64,000 nt of DNA from Clostridiales bacterium (GTDB lineage: Bacteria > Bacillota > Desulfotomaculia > Desulfotomaculales > VENG01). A program made the position numbers and the translations under genes. This document shows, piece by piece, positions 19,095-28,647 of the stretch (the stretch's first letter is position 1; every line of letters begins with the position of its first letter). The notes beneath the pieces were generated by a model. The model searched no databases, was not told the DNA's origin, and saw only the letters and a list, made by a program, of their open reading frames with translations. Where the stretch lies: the NCBI GenBank assembly GCA_016278505.1, contig JADQBQ010000019.1:5098-69097 (forward strand), read 5' to 3'.

Positions 19095-19979
19095 ATGAAG
19101 TTTGAAAATGTACTGGGTACAATAGGTAATACTCCTATGGTCGATATATCATTGTTTTCACCCAACCCCCAGGTAAAAATATGGGCCAAGCTGGAAGGTG
19201 ATAACCCCGGTGGATCGGTTAAAGACCGTACGGCTAAATATCTTTTTGCTGAGGCGGAAAAAAAAGGGGCACTCCTTGGCGACCGTGTTTTATTGGAACC
19301 AACCAGTGGAAATACAGGCATAGCCCTGGCCATGATTGCTGCCATAAAAGGCTATCGCTTTACGGCAGTTATGCCCGATAACGTAAGTTGGGAAAGGAGA
19401 AAGCTGCTGGCAGCTTACGGGGCTGAACTTATTTTGACCGAGGGAGCTAAAGGGACTAACGGGTCCATCGAAGCAGCTTGGCAGATGGTTAAGGATAATC
19501 CCGCTTATTATATGTTTGACCAGTTTGAAAATGATGCTAATCCCAGAGCGCACTATGAGACAACCGGGGCGGAGATAATCGCTGATGTGCCGGAGATAAA
19601 CGCTTTTGTGGCCGGTGTGGGAACCGGGGGAACGCTTACAGGTGCCGGCAAAAGGCTAAGGGAGTACAGCCCGTCCATTAAACTTATCGGCCTGGAGCCG
19701 GTGCGTAACAGTGGGGTGCAGGGACTACGCAACATGGAAGATTACAAGCCGCCTGTTTATGATGATACAATATTGGATGAAAAAATGATCATTCCGGATG
19801 AAGAATCCTTTAGGTTGGCCCGGGCACTTTTTAAACGGTCCGGTATTTCCGCAGGGATTTCTTCCGGTGCCGCATTGTGGGGAGCCATAGAATACGCAAA
19901 AATCATGAAAAAAGGGACCATAGTAACGGTTTTCCCGGATCGGGTTGATAAATACATGTCCACAAATCTTTTGGATTAG
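19095..19979 (+). CDS. cysK: cysteine synthase (O-acetylserine sulfhydrylase family, PLP-dependent)
   Basis: PLP-lysine motif NPGGSVKDR and GTGGT loop. Size 294 aa. Confidence 0.85.
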   Translation: MKFENVLGTIGNTPMVDISLFSPNPQVKIWAKLEGDNPGGSVKDRTAKYLFAEAEKKGALLGDRVLLEPTSGNTGIALAMIAAIKGYRFTAVMPDNVSWERRKLLAAYGAELILTEGAKGTNGSIEAAWQMVKDNPAYYMFDQFENDANPRAHYETTGAEIIADVPEINAFVAGVGTGGTLTGAGKRLREYSPSIKLIGLEPVRNSGVQGLRNMEDYKPPVYDDTILDEKMIIPDEESFRLARALFKRSGISAGISSGAALWGAIEYAKIMKKGTIVTVFPDRVDKYMSTNLLD

Positions 19980-20170
19980 CTTCTTAAAATGGTCATCGAT
20001 AACTGTTCAATTAATATGACTTCCATTCAAGGTGACAATATGACCGTTCAAATGTATTTCGTTGCAGTTTGCTGGTGAAGATTATAAAATATCACAAAAG
20101 TATTATGCGAAAATTCTTAAACTTACAGCTCGGGCAGTTTTGGCGCAACTTTTTAAGTGAGGTGCTTTAT

Positions 20171-20455
20171 ATGACAGCAAACGAAATTGTCCTTCATGTT
20201 AGAAAATTGGAAAAAGCTCTGGTCACGCATGCGGATGTGGAAGACGCCGTAGTTCTAAGTGAAGAAAACCCGGAAAGTGAGACTTTTGTACTTAAAGTCT
20301 TTGTGGAACCTTCTTCCAATGATTCAGAGACGGAGAAGAAAATAAGAGAGTTCTGTATTAGTCAATCCAATGCTTTGCCCACAGAAGTGATTTTCAGGGA
20401 AATTCCCCGCACCCCCTCTGGAAAGGTAGCACGGCAGCAGCTTCTAATGGCATAG
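20171..20455 (+). CDS. stand-alone AMP-binding-enzyme C-terminal domain (possible gene remnant)
   Basis: Sequence EKALVTHADVEDAVV....IPRTPSGKVARQQL matches only the ~90-aa C-terminal subdomain of acyl-CoA/adenylate-forming ligases. ATG at 20171 with GTGAGGTG upstream. Confidence 0.5.
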   Translation: MTANEIVLHVRKLEKALVTHADVEDAVVLSEENPESETFVLKVFVEPSSNDSETEKKIREFCISQSNALPTEVIFREIPRTPSGKVARQQLLMA

Positions 20456-20472
20456 TGGTTTTATAGTCTAAG

Positions 20473-20502
20473 CAGGTCCTGTAAAGGGCCTGTTTTATTT
20501 TT
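20473..20502 (+). terminator. intrinsic terminator
   Basis: CAGGTCC-loop-GGCCTG followed by TTTTATTTTT. Confidence 0.6.
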
Positions 20503-20530
20503 GTAACGGGTTACTTATTGTTTTTTGTTA

Positions 20531-20560
20531 TTGACGTGAACATTATATTGGTCATAAAAT
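20531..20560 (+). promoter_or_regulatory. sigma-A-type promoter candidate for the DUF340 gene pair
   Basis: TTGACG, an 18-nt spacer, then TAAAAT. Confidence 0.45.
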
Positions 20561-20602
20561 CTAATTTAGCAAATGGACATTTTATAATCAGCGGGGGACA
20601 TT

Positions 20603-20923
20603 GTGATGAGTTTTATATTTATTTGTCTGGCTACAGGTGGCTTAATAGGTTTTTTCAGACCACCGTCGAAAGCCTTGGCCAAGTACGTCAACCTTGCTAC
20701 CATGGCCGGGCTTTTTATTTTGTTGGTGTCCATGGGAGCACAGCTTGGTTCCAATAAAAAGGTGGCGGCGGATCTGGGGCAAATGGGTATTCAGGCCTTT
20801 GTTTTAGCGGGCATGAGCGTACTGGGAAGCATTTGTCTGGTACGTTTGCTTGCCGCTAGCCTGGAAAAGAGACTCTCCCTGTCAGCGGCTAAGGATATTA
20901 GTAAGGCAGGTGAAAGACGTTGA
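20603..20923 (+). CDS. LysO/DUF340-family membrane protein, small subunit
   Basis: A 3-TM protein typical of split DUF340 pairs. Overlaps the next gene by 4 nt. Confidence 0.65.
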   Translation: MMSFIFICLATGGLIGFFRPPSKALAKYVNLATMAGLFILLVSMGAQLGSNKKVAADLGQMGIQAFVLAGMSVLGSICLVRLLAASLEKRLSLSAAKDISKAGERR

Positions 20924-21516
20924 CAGGACTGGTAGTGGGAGCGGTCGTTTTAGGTATGGTATGGGGTAGGTGGTTTTTGCCTGCATCTTTGGCCGGGCAT
21001 TTGGAACTGGTAACCAACATAGCCCTTGGTCTTATGCTGGTGGGAGTCGGTATCGAACTAGGCAGTAAGCGTTCCACGTGGTCTCGTTTGTGTGTGCTGG
21101 GGTGGCGGGTCTTGCTGGTGCCGCTGGCGGTTGGTATAGGTAGTCTAGCCGGCGCGGTGGGAGCAGGGTTAATGCTGAATCTTCCGTTTAACGAATCCTC
21201 GGCTATCGGTGCCGGGTTTGGCTGGTACAGCCTCTCCGGTGTTTTGATTGCCCAAATTTATGACGTTCAGGTGGGTGCCCTGGCTTTTCTTACTAATGTA
21301 ATCAGGGAGCTTATGGCCTTTATGCTGATACCCGTTTTGGCTGTAAAAATGAGTAAACTGATGGCTGTGGCCCCTGGTGGAGCCACTACCATGGATACAA
21401 CTCTGCCTGTTATTTCCAGGGCAACAGACGCTGATACCACGATTATTGCCCTGGTTAACGGGACATCTCTTTCTTTATTGGTTCCGGTGCTGGTTCCGGT
21501 GTTGATCAGCCTGTAA
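20920..21516 (+). CDS. LysO/DUF340-family membrane protein, large subunit
   Basis: Polytopic protein with a DUF340-like C-terminal region (GGATTMDTTLPVI). Confidence 0.7.
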   Translation: MTGLVVGAVVLGMVWGRWFLPASLAGHLELVTNIALGLMLVGVGIELGSKRSTWSRLCVLGWRVLLVPLAVGIGSLAGAVGAGLMLNLPFNESSAIGAGFGWYSLSGVLIAQIYDVQVGALAFLTNVIRELMAFMLIPVLAVKMSKLMAVAPGGATTMDTTLPVISRATDADTTIIALVNGTSLSLLVPVLVPVLISL

Positions 21517-21561
21517 TTTTACCAATAAGTTAACGCATGGTGCCTGGCACCAAGCGTTAAC

Positions 21562-23472
21562 TTATTGATTGGTTAGGTCTAATTCCTGCAGCTTATCCGG
21601 CAGCGGACAGCCTGTTTCTTGATCCCACCCGCGGGCTTTGTAATACTCCTTCAGCACTTCTGCAACTTTTTCCCGGTCCAGGGTTTTGCCTGAAGATGAA
21701 GGTTCATTGTAAAAGCGGTCCGGGAAACGGGAGTCTTCCGGCTTTTCTCCGTGACGGCTATTAAAAAGCTTCTGTAGATTCCAGGTGCGTTCTCCTGCCT
21801 TGATGATTTCTTCCGGGCTGATATGTATGCCGGTAAGGGCGGCATACATTTCCGAGATCAGGGTTGGTCCTACCGTATGCAGTACCGGCGGGCGAATGCA
21901 GAGGCCAACAGCATTGTACACGGATATTAAGTCTTCCGACCATTTGCTCATTTGGGGTATGTCCACGTCCCCGGTTTTGGGGTCGAAAACTCTTTCTTTC
22001 AGTGCGTCAGGCATGTCCAGGGTTTGTAACATTTCATCGGGAAACGAAAATTTTTCGGTGCGGTACGGGCGGGGATTATCATTATGGCGTAGATTTTCTA
22101 CCGGGTTTCTTGTACGCAGGTGGTCACCGCCCCTTATATTTGTGATGTATCCCAATGTCCATGTAGACCAGCGGGCGCGCGGGTCAATAAGCATACATTC
22201 CAAACCCTTAACGTGAACACAATATTTCTCACTACCTGCGATTTTTTCCGCTGCCCGTTTGGTGCCTTCAGCTAAGATATCGCCAAAACCTTTCCTGTGA
22301 GCAATATTTTCAAGAAGCTTAATAGTAGATTTCTGGTTTCCCCAGTTGAGCTTGAAACCCAGTTCTGATTCGTCAATGATCGCCTTTTGGTAAAGTTCCA
22401 TGCTAAAGGCAACAGCCCCGGCGGCGGAAACCATATCTAGGCCCAAGCGCTGGCAAACTTCTGTAAGCTTAGCCACTGCAGGCAGGTTGTCGATATCACA
22501 GCCGGCGCCGAAAGCAATTACCGGTGTTACTTCCATATCTTTAAGCTGCAGGTCGGCATAAGGACCGTCTTTTATCTCCACCCAGTGTGCACAGGCTATG
22601 GGACATGCCATACAGGCCACGCCCCGCTTAGTGTAGTGATGAAGTTGTTTCCGGGTGCGGGTACTTTCCCAACCTTCAATGGTACCGGTTTGGTAGTTGC
22701 GACCCGGTAGGATACTATGTTCCTGGTAGGGAATGGTAACCAGCATGGTACCGTATTTGCTAAAAGGCTTATAGAAGGGCGAATCCATTATGGCCTGGCG
22801 GGTTTTGTTAACAGCCCGCAGAAATTCATTCTTGTGGGCTACTCTGACAGCACCGGTACCCTTTACCGCGATAGCCTTTAAGTTTTTAGAGCCCATCACT
22901 GCACCCAGCCCGGTGCGGGCCCATGCGTCGTAAGGCCCGTTTTCAATGCTGGCGTAGCGAACCATATTTTCACCGGCCTGGCCGATACAGGCTACTTGCG
23001 CTTCTGCGTTCTGTTTACTGCGTATGGCGCGAATGGTTTCCCAGGCGTCCAAGCCCCAAATATTTTGCGCAGAAATGATTTTTACTTTACTGTCGTTTAT
23101 CTGTAGGTATACGGGTTTTTCGGACTTTCCTTTCAAAACAATGACATCAAATCCGGCAAACTTTAACTCTCCGCCCCAATAATTACCTGAACTTGAGGTA
23201 CCGAATAAACCGGTGGCAGGCGAAAGGGAGGAAACTTCCGTTCTACATGCCGTGGGAATATTAGTCCCACAGAAAACCCCTGTGCTGAAGATAAGCACAT
23301 TTTCCGGGCCAAGGGGGTCGGCGCCGGGTGGAATATTATCATATAGAATACGTGCGTTGAAGCCCGTACCGCTTAAATACAGGGTCTGTAAACTTCTATC
23401 CAAAAGCTGTTCAGTTATGGTATGATCGGTTAGGTTAATAATTAGCATTTTCCCTGCGTACCCGTAAGCCAT
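21562..23472 (-). CDS. aor: aldehyde:ferredoxin oxidoreductase (tungstopterin AOR family)
   Basis: The N-terminus MAYGYAGKMLIINLTD and overall sequence are typical of the AOR family. The ATG at 23472 overlaps the ferredoxin stop (TAATG), with GGAGGT 8 nt upstream. Confidence 0.9.
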   Translation of the reverse strand: MAYGYAGKMLIINLTDHTITEQLLDRSLQTLYLSGTGFNARILYDNIPPGADPLGPENVLIFSTGVFCGTNIPTACRTEVSSLSPATGLFGTSSSGNYWGGELKFAGFDVIVLKGKSEKPVYLQINDSKVKIISAQNIWGLDAWETIRAIRSKQNAEAQVACIGQAGENMVRYASIENGPYDAWARTGLGAVMGSKNLKAIAVKGTGAVRVAHKNEFLRAVNKTRQAIMDSPFYKPFSKYGTMLVTIPYQEHSILPGRNYQTGTIEGWESTRTRKQLHHYTKRGVACMACPIACAHWVEIKDGPYADLQLKDMEVTPVIAFGAGCDIDNLPAVAKLTEVCQRLGLDMVSAAGAVAFSMELYQKAIIDESELGFKLNWGNQKSTIKLLENIAHRKGFGDILAEGTKRAAEKIAGSEKYCVHVKGLECMLIDPRARWSTWTLGYITNIRGGDHLRTRNPVENLRHNDNPRPYRTEKFSFPDEMLQTLDMPDALKERVFDPKTGDVDIPQMSKWSEDLISVYNAVGLCIRPPVLHTVGPTLISEMYAALTGIHISPEEIIKAGERTWNLQKLFNSRHGEKPEDSRFPDRFYNEPSSSGKTLDREKVAEVLKEYYKARGWDQETGCPLPDKLQELDLTNQ

Positions 23473-23738
23473 TAATTGGCACCTCCTTCGGTGTGACCGG
23501 TATTGTCCGGTACATTCATACTGCGTATTGCCCCTGAGGGGCATGCTTTTGCACACTGGTGACAACTTTTGCAGCTAGACAAGAAGGATATCAGAAAAAT
23601 ACCCTCAAAGTCATATTTAGTGATTCTGATATGAGATTTAGCCAAATCAAATTCCCCCTGGTTAACGAGGGAACACGTGAGGGCACATGTGGAACAGCCA
23701 ATACATTTTGCGGGGGTGATGATTAGTTCTTTTTTCAT
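23472..23738 (-). CDS. 4Fe-4S dicluster ferredoxin
   Basis: CIGCSTCALTC and CKSCHQCAKACP cluster motifs. Translationally coupled to aor. Confidence 0.8.
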   Translation of the reverse strand: MKKELIITPAKCIGCSTCALTCSLVNQGEFDLAKSHIRITKYDFEGIFLISFLSSCKSCHQCAKACPSGAIRSMNVPDNTGHTEGGAN

Positions 23739-23941
23739 TACATATCACTCCGTGTTCTTGATTGTTAACTAAATTTTCTTGATCGGGAACTGCTTTCCTG
23801 CCTGGTGAGGCTGCAATATTCAACAGTTAATTTTTGAACAATATTAATTTTGGTTAAAATGTACTATAACAGGTAAATATTGTTTTGCGAGGTTGCAGGT
23901 CAATGTTATAATTTACAAGAAATATCGATTTAGGAGGGAAT

Positions 23942-24895
23942 ATGTTGAAACTTCCTCAACTTAAAATAGGTAAGCTAAGACCTAGATTTCCTATTATTCA
24001 AGGAGGCATGGCTTTACGAGTTTCTACGGCACCGTTGGCGGCAGCTGTCGCTAATGCCGGGGGAATCGGTGTATTGGGTGCCAGCGGTATGTCCAGTGAT
24101 GAATTGCGCGAGGAGATTAAGAAAGCACGCAGCCTTTCTTCCGGCCCCCTGGGGGTAAATATTATGTTTGCATTGAAGAGCTTTCCACAACTGGTCCGTG
24201 CAGCCTTTGATGAAAAAATTGACGTTATTTTTACCGGAGCCGGCTTTTCCCGGGATATCTTTAAATGGGGCAAGGATGCCGGGGTACCTGTAGTATCTAT
24301 TGTCTCCACGCCAAAGCTGGCATTTTTAGCCGAAAAACTAGGTGCCTCTGCGGTAGTGGTTGAGGGAACCGAGGCAGGGGGGCATTTAGGTACGGACAAG
24401 TCTTTGGGTGAAATACTGCCGGCCGTACGTAAAGCAATTAAAATCCCTTTAATTGCTGCCGGTGGAATAGTTGACGGCAAAGGAATTTCTAAAATGTTGC
24501 AATTAGGTGCGGATGGAGTGCAAATGGCCACTCGGTTTGTCCTCAGTAAAGAATGTGCCGTTGCCGACTCCTTTAAGCAGATGTATTTAAATGCCAAAGA
24601 GGAGGACGTAGTTTTGATTCCCAGCCCGGTGGGAATGCCTGGGCGTGCCCTGCGCAATTCCTTTACTGCCAAAATAATGGGCGGGGGTAAAGTGAAGCCC
24701 CGAACTTGTGATAGTTGTTTAAAGAAATGCTCATCACAATACTGCATTATGGAGGCGTTGGAAAATTCCCGCATCGGAAATGTCGGCGAGGGAGTGGTTT
24801 TTGCCGGGAAAAATGTCCATCAGGTGAAGGACATCCTTTCGGTGCAGGAGATTTTTGACCGCTTAATAAGTGAAGTAAAGGCAGTACCCGAATAA
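23942..24895 (+). CDS. nitronate monooxygenase / FabK-like FMN oxidoreductase
   Basis: PIIQGGMA and AAGGIVDG motifs. TIM-barrel NMO family, 317 aa. Confidence 0.8.
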   Translation: MLKLPQLKIGKLRPRFPIIQGGMALRVSTAPLAAAVANAGGIGVLGASGMSSDELREEIKKARSLSSGPLGVNIMFALKSFPQLVRAAFDEKIDVIFTGAGFSRDIFKWGKDAGVPVVSIVSTPKLAFLAEKLGASAVVVEGTEAGGHLGTDKSLGEILPAVRKAIKIPLIAAGGIVDGKGISKMLQLGADGVQMATRFVLSKECAVADSFKQMYLNAKEEDVVLIPSPVGMPGRALRNSFTAKIMGGGKVKPRTCDSCLKKCSSQYCIMEALENSRIGNVGEGVVFAGKNVHQVKDILSVQEIFDRLISEVKAVPE

Positions 24896-24919
24896 GAAAA
24901 CCCGCCAATTGGCGGGTTT

Positions 24920-25240
24920 TTAACTTAAAAAGTTAATCAAGAACAGGGCAATAACTGCTGCTCCCAGGCTTAAAGGGATTTTTTTGGTAAAATAGGCCAC
25001 AATAGCTCCGGTGAGTACTATACCAATTTCCCGCAGGTGTTCAGTTACAGCTATCTGACCGTCACCGGTAAGCAGTGGCGGAGCAATCATGCTGGCAAAA
25101 ATAACTATGGGCAGCAAACGCAGCCATTCTTTCAAGGCCGGGTGCATCTTTTCACCGCTGATGATAAAAAAGGGAATCACCCTGGGTATAAAGGTTACCA
25201 GGGCCATACCCACAATTATAATCCAGATTTCTTGGCCCAT
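24920..25240 (-). CDS. azlD: branched-chain amino acid transport protein AzlD
   Basis: A 106-aa 4-TM protein directly downstream of, and overlapping, azlC. Confidence 0.75.
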   Translation of the reverse strand: MGQEIWIIIVGMALVTFIPRVIPFFIISGEKMHPALKEWLRLLPIVIFASMIAPPLLTGDGQIAVTEHLREIGIVLTGAIVAYFTKKIPLSLGAAVIALFLINFLS

Positions 25241-25941
25241 TTATATACCCCCAGTCCAATAAAAGAAGATATGAGGCTGGCCAGCAGCACCGCTGAAGAG
25301 CTGTATCCGTTTATGGTAAGGGTGACCGCTATGGCCGCGGCAATTAATGCCAACAGGATATCCGTACGTTTGGAAACTGATACTACAACTATGGAAATGA
25401 ATAGAGCGTAAAGAGCTGCTTCAATGCCCATATCCTGCATGCCGGGAATAGCATTCCCCAGGTAAATACCGGCCAAGGTGGAAATTTGCCACTGTAGATA
25501 CAGTGAAACGTTTACCCCTAAAACATACCAGGGAGAAATTTTGCTGCCCGAGGTAATGTGTTGTGAGGTCAGGGCAAATCCTTCGTCAGTGACCAGTGCG
25601 CCGGTAATAATACGGCGGAAGGCATTACCCTTTGGGATGGCACTGGCGATGTAGGAACTCATCAGCACGTGGCGTAAGTTAATGATCAAGGTTCCCAGTA
25701 TAATGGTGCCGGTGGTAGCCCCGGTGTTGAGTAAGGTCAGGGCCAGAAATTGGCTTGCCCCGGCAAAAACCAGTGTGGACATTCCTATGGTAGATAATGG
25801 CGAGAGGCCTGTATCCAGTGACATTGCCCCGAATAATATGCCAACCGGCAGGAATTCAATAATAAAGAAAAGTGCGGCAGCCATACCGGTGTTAAATTCT
25901 TTAAATACTGTCTGGGGCTGTGAGTAAGCCGGGGTAGACAT
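25216..25941 (-). CDS. azlC: branched-chain amino acid transporter AzlC
   Basis: AzlC-family sequence (FAGASQF, polytopic, 241 aa). Confidence 0.85.
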   Translation of the reverse strand: MSTPAYSQPQTVFKEFNTGMAAALFFIIEFLPVGILFGAMSLDTGLSPLSTIGMSTLVFAGASQFLALTLLNTGATTGTIILGTLIINLRHVLMSSYIASAIPKGNAFRRIITGALVTDEGFALTSQHITSGSKISPWYVLGVNVSLYLQWQISTLAGIYLGNAIPGMQDMGIEAALYALFISIVVVSVSKRTDILLALIAAAIAVTLTINGYSSSAVLLASLISSFIGLGVYKWAKKSGL

Positions 25942-26225
25942 AGGTTCACCAACTTCTAACTGATAGTGTTTTAATTACCTATACAATTAATCATTTTTAG
26001 CACTAAAAGTCAATGGTGCGAATAAAAATGTAAACAATACTTTACATATCTTTTATTAACTGGTTACATAATTAACAGGTAGACTAGAATACAAAATTGG
26101 GTTCAACCGCGGAAATCCTGCTCCTGCCTAAAAATAATGAATTTTCTAAATTTACAGGTATTATTTTTGCAATATTTTTTTGTAAATTGGTAAGTTAATA
26201 AAGGAATTAGACAAGGAGGGTTTCG

Positions 26226-26741
26226 GTGAACAAGATAGATGATTTTACAAAAGAAGAGCTTTATACTCTGGTACAGGACTTTGCCAAAAGGTGGTTGGCA
26301 CACGACGGACTCTGGTTTCAAGCAGTGGAGAAGACCGGGGGAATGGATGAAGCCATTGAAGCAGACAGGGCTGCGTGGGAGAAGTTTACTGTCATTGAGG
26401 CTAAAAGAATAATGAAGTTTCTTGGCCTGGAGCCGGGCGGTGGAATCCCTGCACTGAAAAAGGCACTGCAGCTGCGTCTGTATGCATTTATTAACAAACA
26501 GGAAATAATTGATGTTGATGAAAATACTATCATATTCCGTATGAACGACTGCCGCGTGCAGTCTGCGCGAAATAGGAAGGATTTACCTGATTTTCCCTGT
26601 AAAAGTGTAGGAGTTGTGGAGTATAGTGGTTTTGCCAGAACCATTGACCCCCGTTTTGAAACAAAATGTATATGCTGTCCTCCTGACAAACACCCCGCAG
26701 AATATTATTGTGCTTGGGAATTTACGCTACGGAGTGAGTAG
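26226..26741 (+). CDS. hypothetical cytosolic protein (DUF6125-like), Cys-rich C-terminus
   Basis: GTG start with AAGGAGGG upstream. DGLWFQAVE motif. The family assignment is from memory only. Confidence 0.5.
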   Translation: MNKIDDFTKEELYTLVQDFAKRWLAHDGLWFQAVEKTGGMDEAIEADRAAWEKFTVIEAKRIMKFLGLEPGGGIPALKKALQLRLYAFINKQEIIDVDENTIIFRMNDCRVQSARNRKDLPDFPCKSVGVVEYSGFARTIDPRFETKCICCPPDKHPAEYYCAWEFTLRSE

Positions 26742-26753
26742 GGTGGTGACCTT

Positions 26754-26921
26754 TTGAAAAGGGAAGAAGAGGCTGCAATGGCATTAAAGAAGTATATTGA
26801 GGAACACCCTGGTGAAAAACTGGCTATATTTAAACTCTCACCTAAATTAGGCTATTCTGTACTGGAGCTGAATGCCGCTCTGCGAAAATTAGCATCTGAA
26901 GGCTGGTTGAAGCAAGGTTAA
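26754..26921 (+). CDS. small ORF (55 aa from TTG, or 47 aa from the ATG at 26778), winged-helix-like
   Basis: Not in the ORF track (below its size cutoff). GGTGGTGA lies upstream of the TTG. Followed directly by two tandem terminators. Confidence 0.35.
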   Translation: MKREEEAAMALKKYIEEHPGEKLAIFKLSPKLGYSVLELNAALRKLASEGWLKQG

Positions 26922-26933
26922 CAGGGAAAGGAG

Positions 26934-26959
26934 TTACCCTCTTTTGGGGGTAATTTTTT
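26934..26959 (+). terminator. intrinsic terminator
   Basis: TTACCC-loop8-GGGTAA followed by TTTTTT. Confidence 0.6.
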
Positions 26960-26974
26960 ATCTTATTTCTAAGG

Positions 26975-27010
26975 CTCCCACTTCTATAAGTGGGAGTTTG
27001 CATTTTTTTT
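26975..27010 (+). terminator. intrinsic terminator (second of a tandem pair)
   Basis: CTCCCACTT-CTAT-AAGTGGGAG followed by TTTGCATTTTTTTT. Confidence 0.6.
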
Positions 27011-27193
27011 CTTCAGATGGAAGCCACGATGTTCTGCATTAGTTGAACGAGTTCACTGTTTAGGAAAGTATACCAAAAAGGTGACCGGCTCCTTTTTCCG
27101 CGTGTGCCCCCATATTGTGGCACGTCATTTGCTTACTTCGCGTTGACTTCTAGTGGAGGGTGTGCTATTTTATAAAAGTGTCGTAAATTGTCG

Positions 27194-27222
27194 TTGATCT
27201 TTTATCAGTTCGGTATTATACT
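27194..27222 (+). promoter_or_regulatory. sigma-A-type promoter candidate for the Crp/Fnr gene
   Basis: TTGATC, a 17-nt spacer, then TATACT. Confidence 0.45.
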
Positions 27223-27316
27223 AGATGTGAGTTGTCGAAATTTTTTGAATTGAACGGTTGCGAATTAACTATTTATTATGTTAATTAATATTTGTAGAGG
27301 AAAGGGAGTGTAATCA

Positions 27317-27988
27317 GTGGAGACAATTCAATTGGAAGCAGATCCGGTATTAAGCGAATTGGAAAAAATGATTATCAGGGAAGCAGGCTCCACTGTACAT
27401 TATCCAAAGGGACAAGTTATTTTTGCTGCCGGTGACATATCCGACCGAGTTTTATTAATAGAAAGTGGATGGGTAAAAATCTTTCGGCTTTCGGCAGACG
27501 GTAAGAGGGTTACTGTAGGGCGCATGCGTAGTCCCGGAGAAATGATGGCATTAGCGGAGACACTTTTGGAAGTGGAGCGCACATGTTTTGCAGGAGCCAT
27601 AAGTGATGTAACCATGGTTGTGTTACGAAAGACCCAGTTTGAGGAATTGATGGCCAAGCACCCATTTTTGGGTATTAAAGTATCCAAATTGTTAGCGGTG
27701 AGAATGCGCGAGGCTGAGGGAATAATACATGAGATGGTTTGTTGGCAGGCGCCCGGCAGGTTAGCTTTAATGTTAATGAAAATGGGTGACCGCTGTGGCA
27801 AAGAGACCAAGAACGGTATCATCTTGGACGTGCAGCTCACGCACGAAGAGATTGCCAGTATGGTCGGTACCTCGCGCCAGACTGTAACTTCTTTGTTGAA
27901 TACGTTTAAACAGGAAAAAAGCATTGCCTACGAAGGTAGAGCAATACGTATAGTAGACCCTGATAAATTGGGTAAGTGGGTAGTATAA
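27317..27988 (+). CDS. Crp/Fnr-family transcriptional regulator
   Basis: cNMP-binding domain plus a C-terminal HTH (THEEIASMVGTSRQTVTSLLN). Size 223 aa. Confidence 0.85.
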   Translation: METIQLEADPVLSELEKMIIREAGSTVHYPKGQVIFAAGDISDRVLLIESGWVKIFRLSADGKRVTVGRMRSPGEMMALAETLLEVERTCFAGAISDVTMVVLRKTQFEELMAKHPFLGIKVSKLLAVRMREAEGIIHEMVCWQAPGRLALMLMKMGDRCGKETKNGIILDVQLTHEEIASMVGTSRQTVTSLLNTFKQEKSIAYEGRAIRIVDPDKLGKWVV

Positions 27989-28082
27989 TATAGTTGTTAA
28001 TTATGCCCGTTAGGTCTGCCCGGAATGGTATAAAAACTGATTTAGCGCGTATTTTAGCGGTAAAATGACAGTTTGTTTGTCA

Positions 28083-28112
28083 ATCACAGGACAATATCCT
28101 GTGATTTTTTTT
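28083..28112 (+). terminator. intrinsic terminator
   Basis: ATCACAGGA-loop5-TCCTGTGAT followed by a run of 8 T. Confidence 0.7.
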
Positions 28113-28169
28113 GTTAGATTAAAACTATCCATTAAGTGACTTTAGGAGGCTAGCTATAGGAGGATACCA

Positions 28170-28550
28170 ATGAAAGCTAATTTAAAGGTAGTGGAATTGA
28201 AAGAATTTGAAAAAGAAATAATCCGTCAAGCCGGTAATTTGGTGAGTATACGCCGGGGAAGCAACCTTTTTGCTGCCGGAGAAACGGCGAACCGTGTGTT
28301 TCTGGTGGAAAAAGGTTGGCTAAAAATTTGCCGTGTCAATCCGGAAGGTGAACATATAGCGAAAGGAAATTTGCATGGGCCAGGAGATTTGTTGGGGGTA
28401 GCCGAAGCGTTATGGGGTGAGCATCATAAGTATGGTGCGCATGGTGTCACCGATGGCCTGATAAGTGTTTTGTCCCGTAAAGCATTTTTGGAACTATTGG
28501 ATACGGAACCATTTCTGGCTGTTAAATTATCCAAAACGGTAGTCTTATAA
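28170..28550 (+). CDS. Crp/Fnr paralog truncated after the cNMP-binding domain (no HTH)
   Basis: Aligns with aa 1-125 of the neighbouring 223-aa regulator, then stops. No HTH-like sequence follows in any frame. Confidence 0.6.
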   Translation: MKANLKVVELKEFEKEIIRQAGNLVSIRRGSNLFAAGETANRVFLVEKGWLKICRVNPEGEHIAKGNLHGPGDLLGVAEALWGEHHKYGAHGVTDGLISVLSRKAFLELLDTEPFLAVKLSKTVVL

Positions 28551-28580
28551 GTTAATTCCGAAGAAAAGAATGCACGCAAG

Positions 28581-28647
28581 AAGTCATCTTGACAACGCTT
28601 TCCAGTCATTTTGCGACAGGAATGTGTCGTTAAGATGACTTTTTTTT
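28581..28647 (+). terminator. long-stem hairpin with a structured 35-nt loop and T-run
   Basis: AAGTCATCTTGAC pairs with GTTAAGATGACTT (one G.U pair), followed by 7 T. The T-run also forms the 5' arm of a second hairpin, TTTTTTGTC..GACAAAAAA. Confidence 0.5.

Noticed and set aside
23998-24774. A 258-aa antisense ORF inside the nitronate monooxygenase gene.
   Set aside because: It is a shadow ORF. The sense frame carries the conserved FMN-binding motifs and an RBS.
27194-27208. TTGATCTTTTATCAG as an FNR/CRP box upstream of the Crp/Fnr gene.
   Set aside because: The half-sites are separated by 5 nt rather than 4, and the second half is imperfect. The TTGATC fits better as a -35 hexamer, 17 nt from TATACT.
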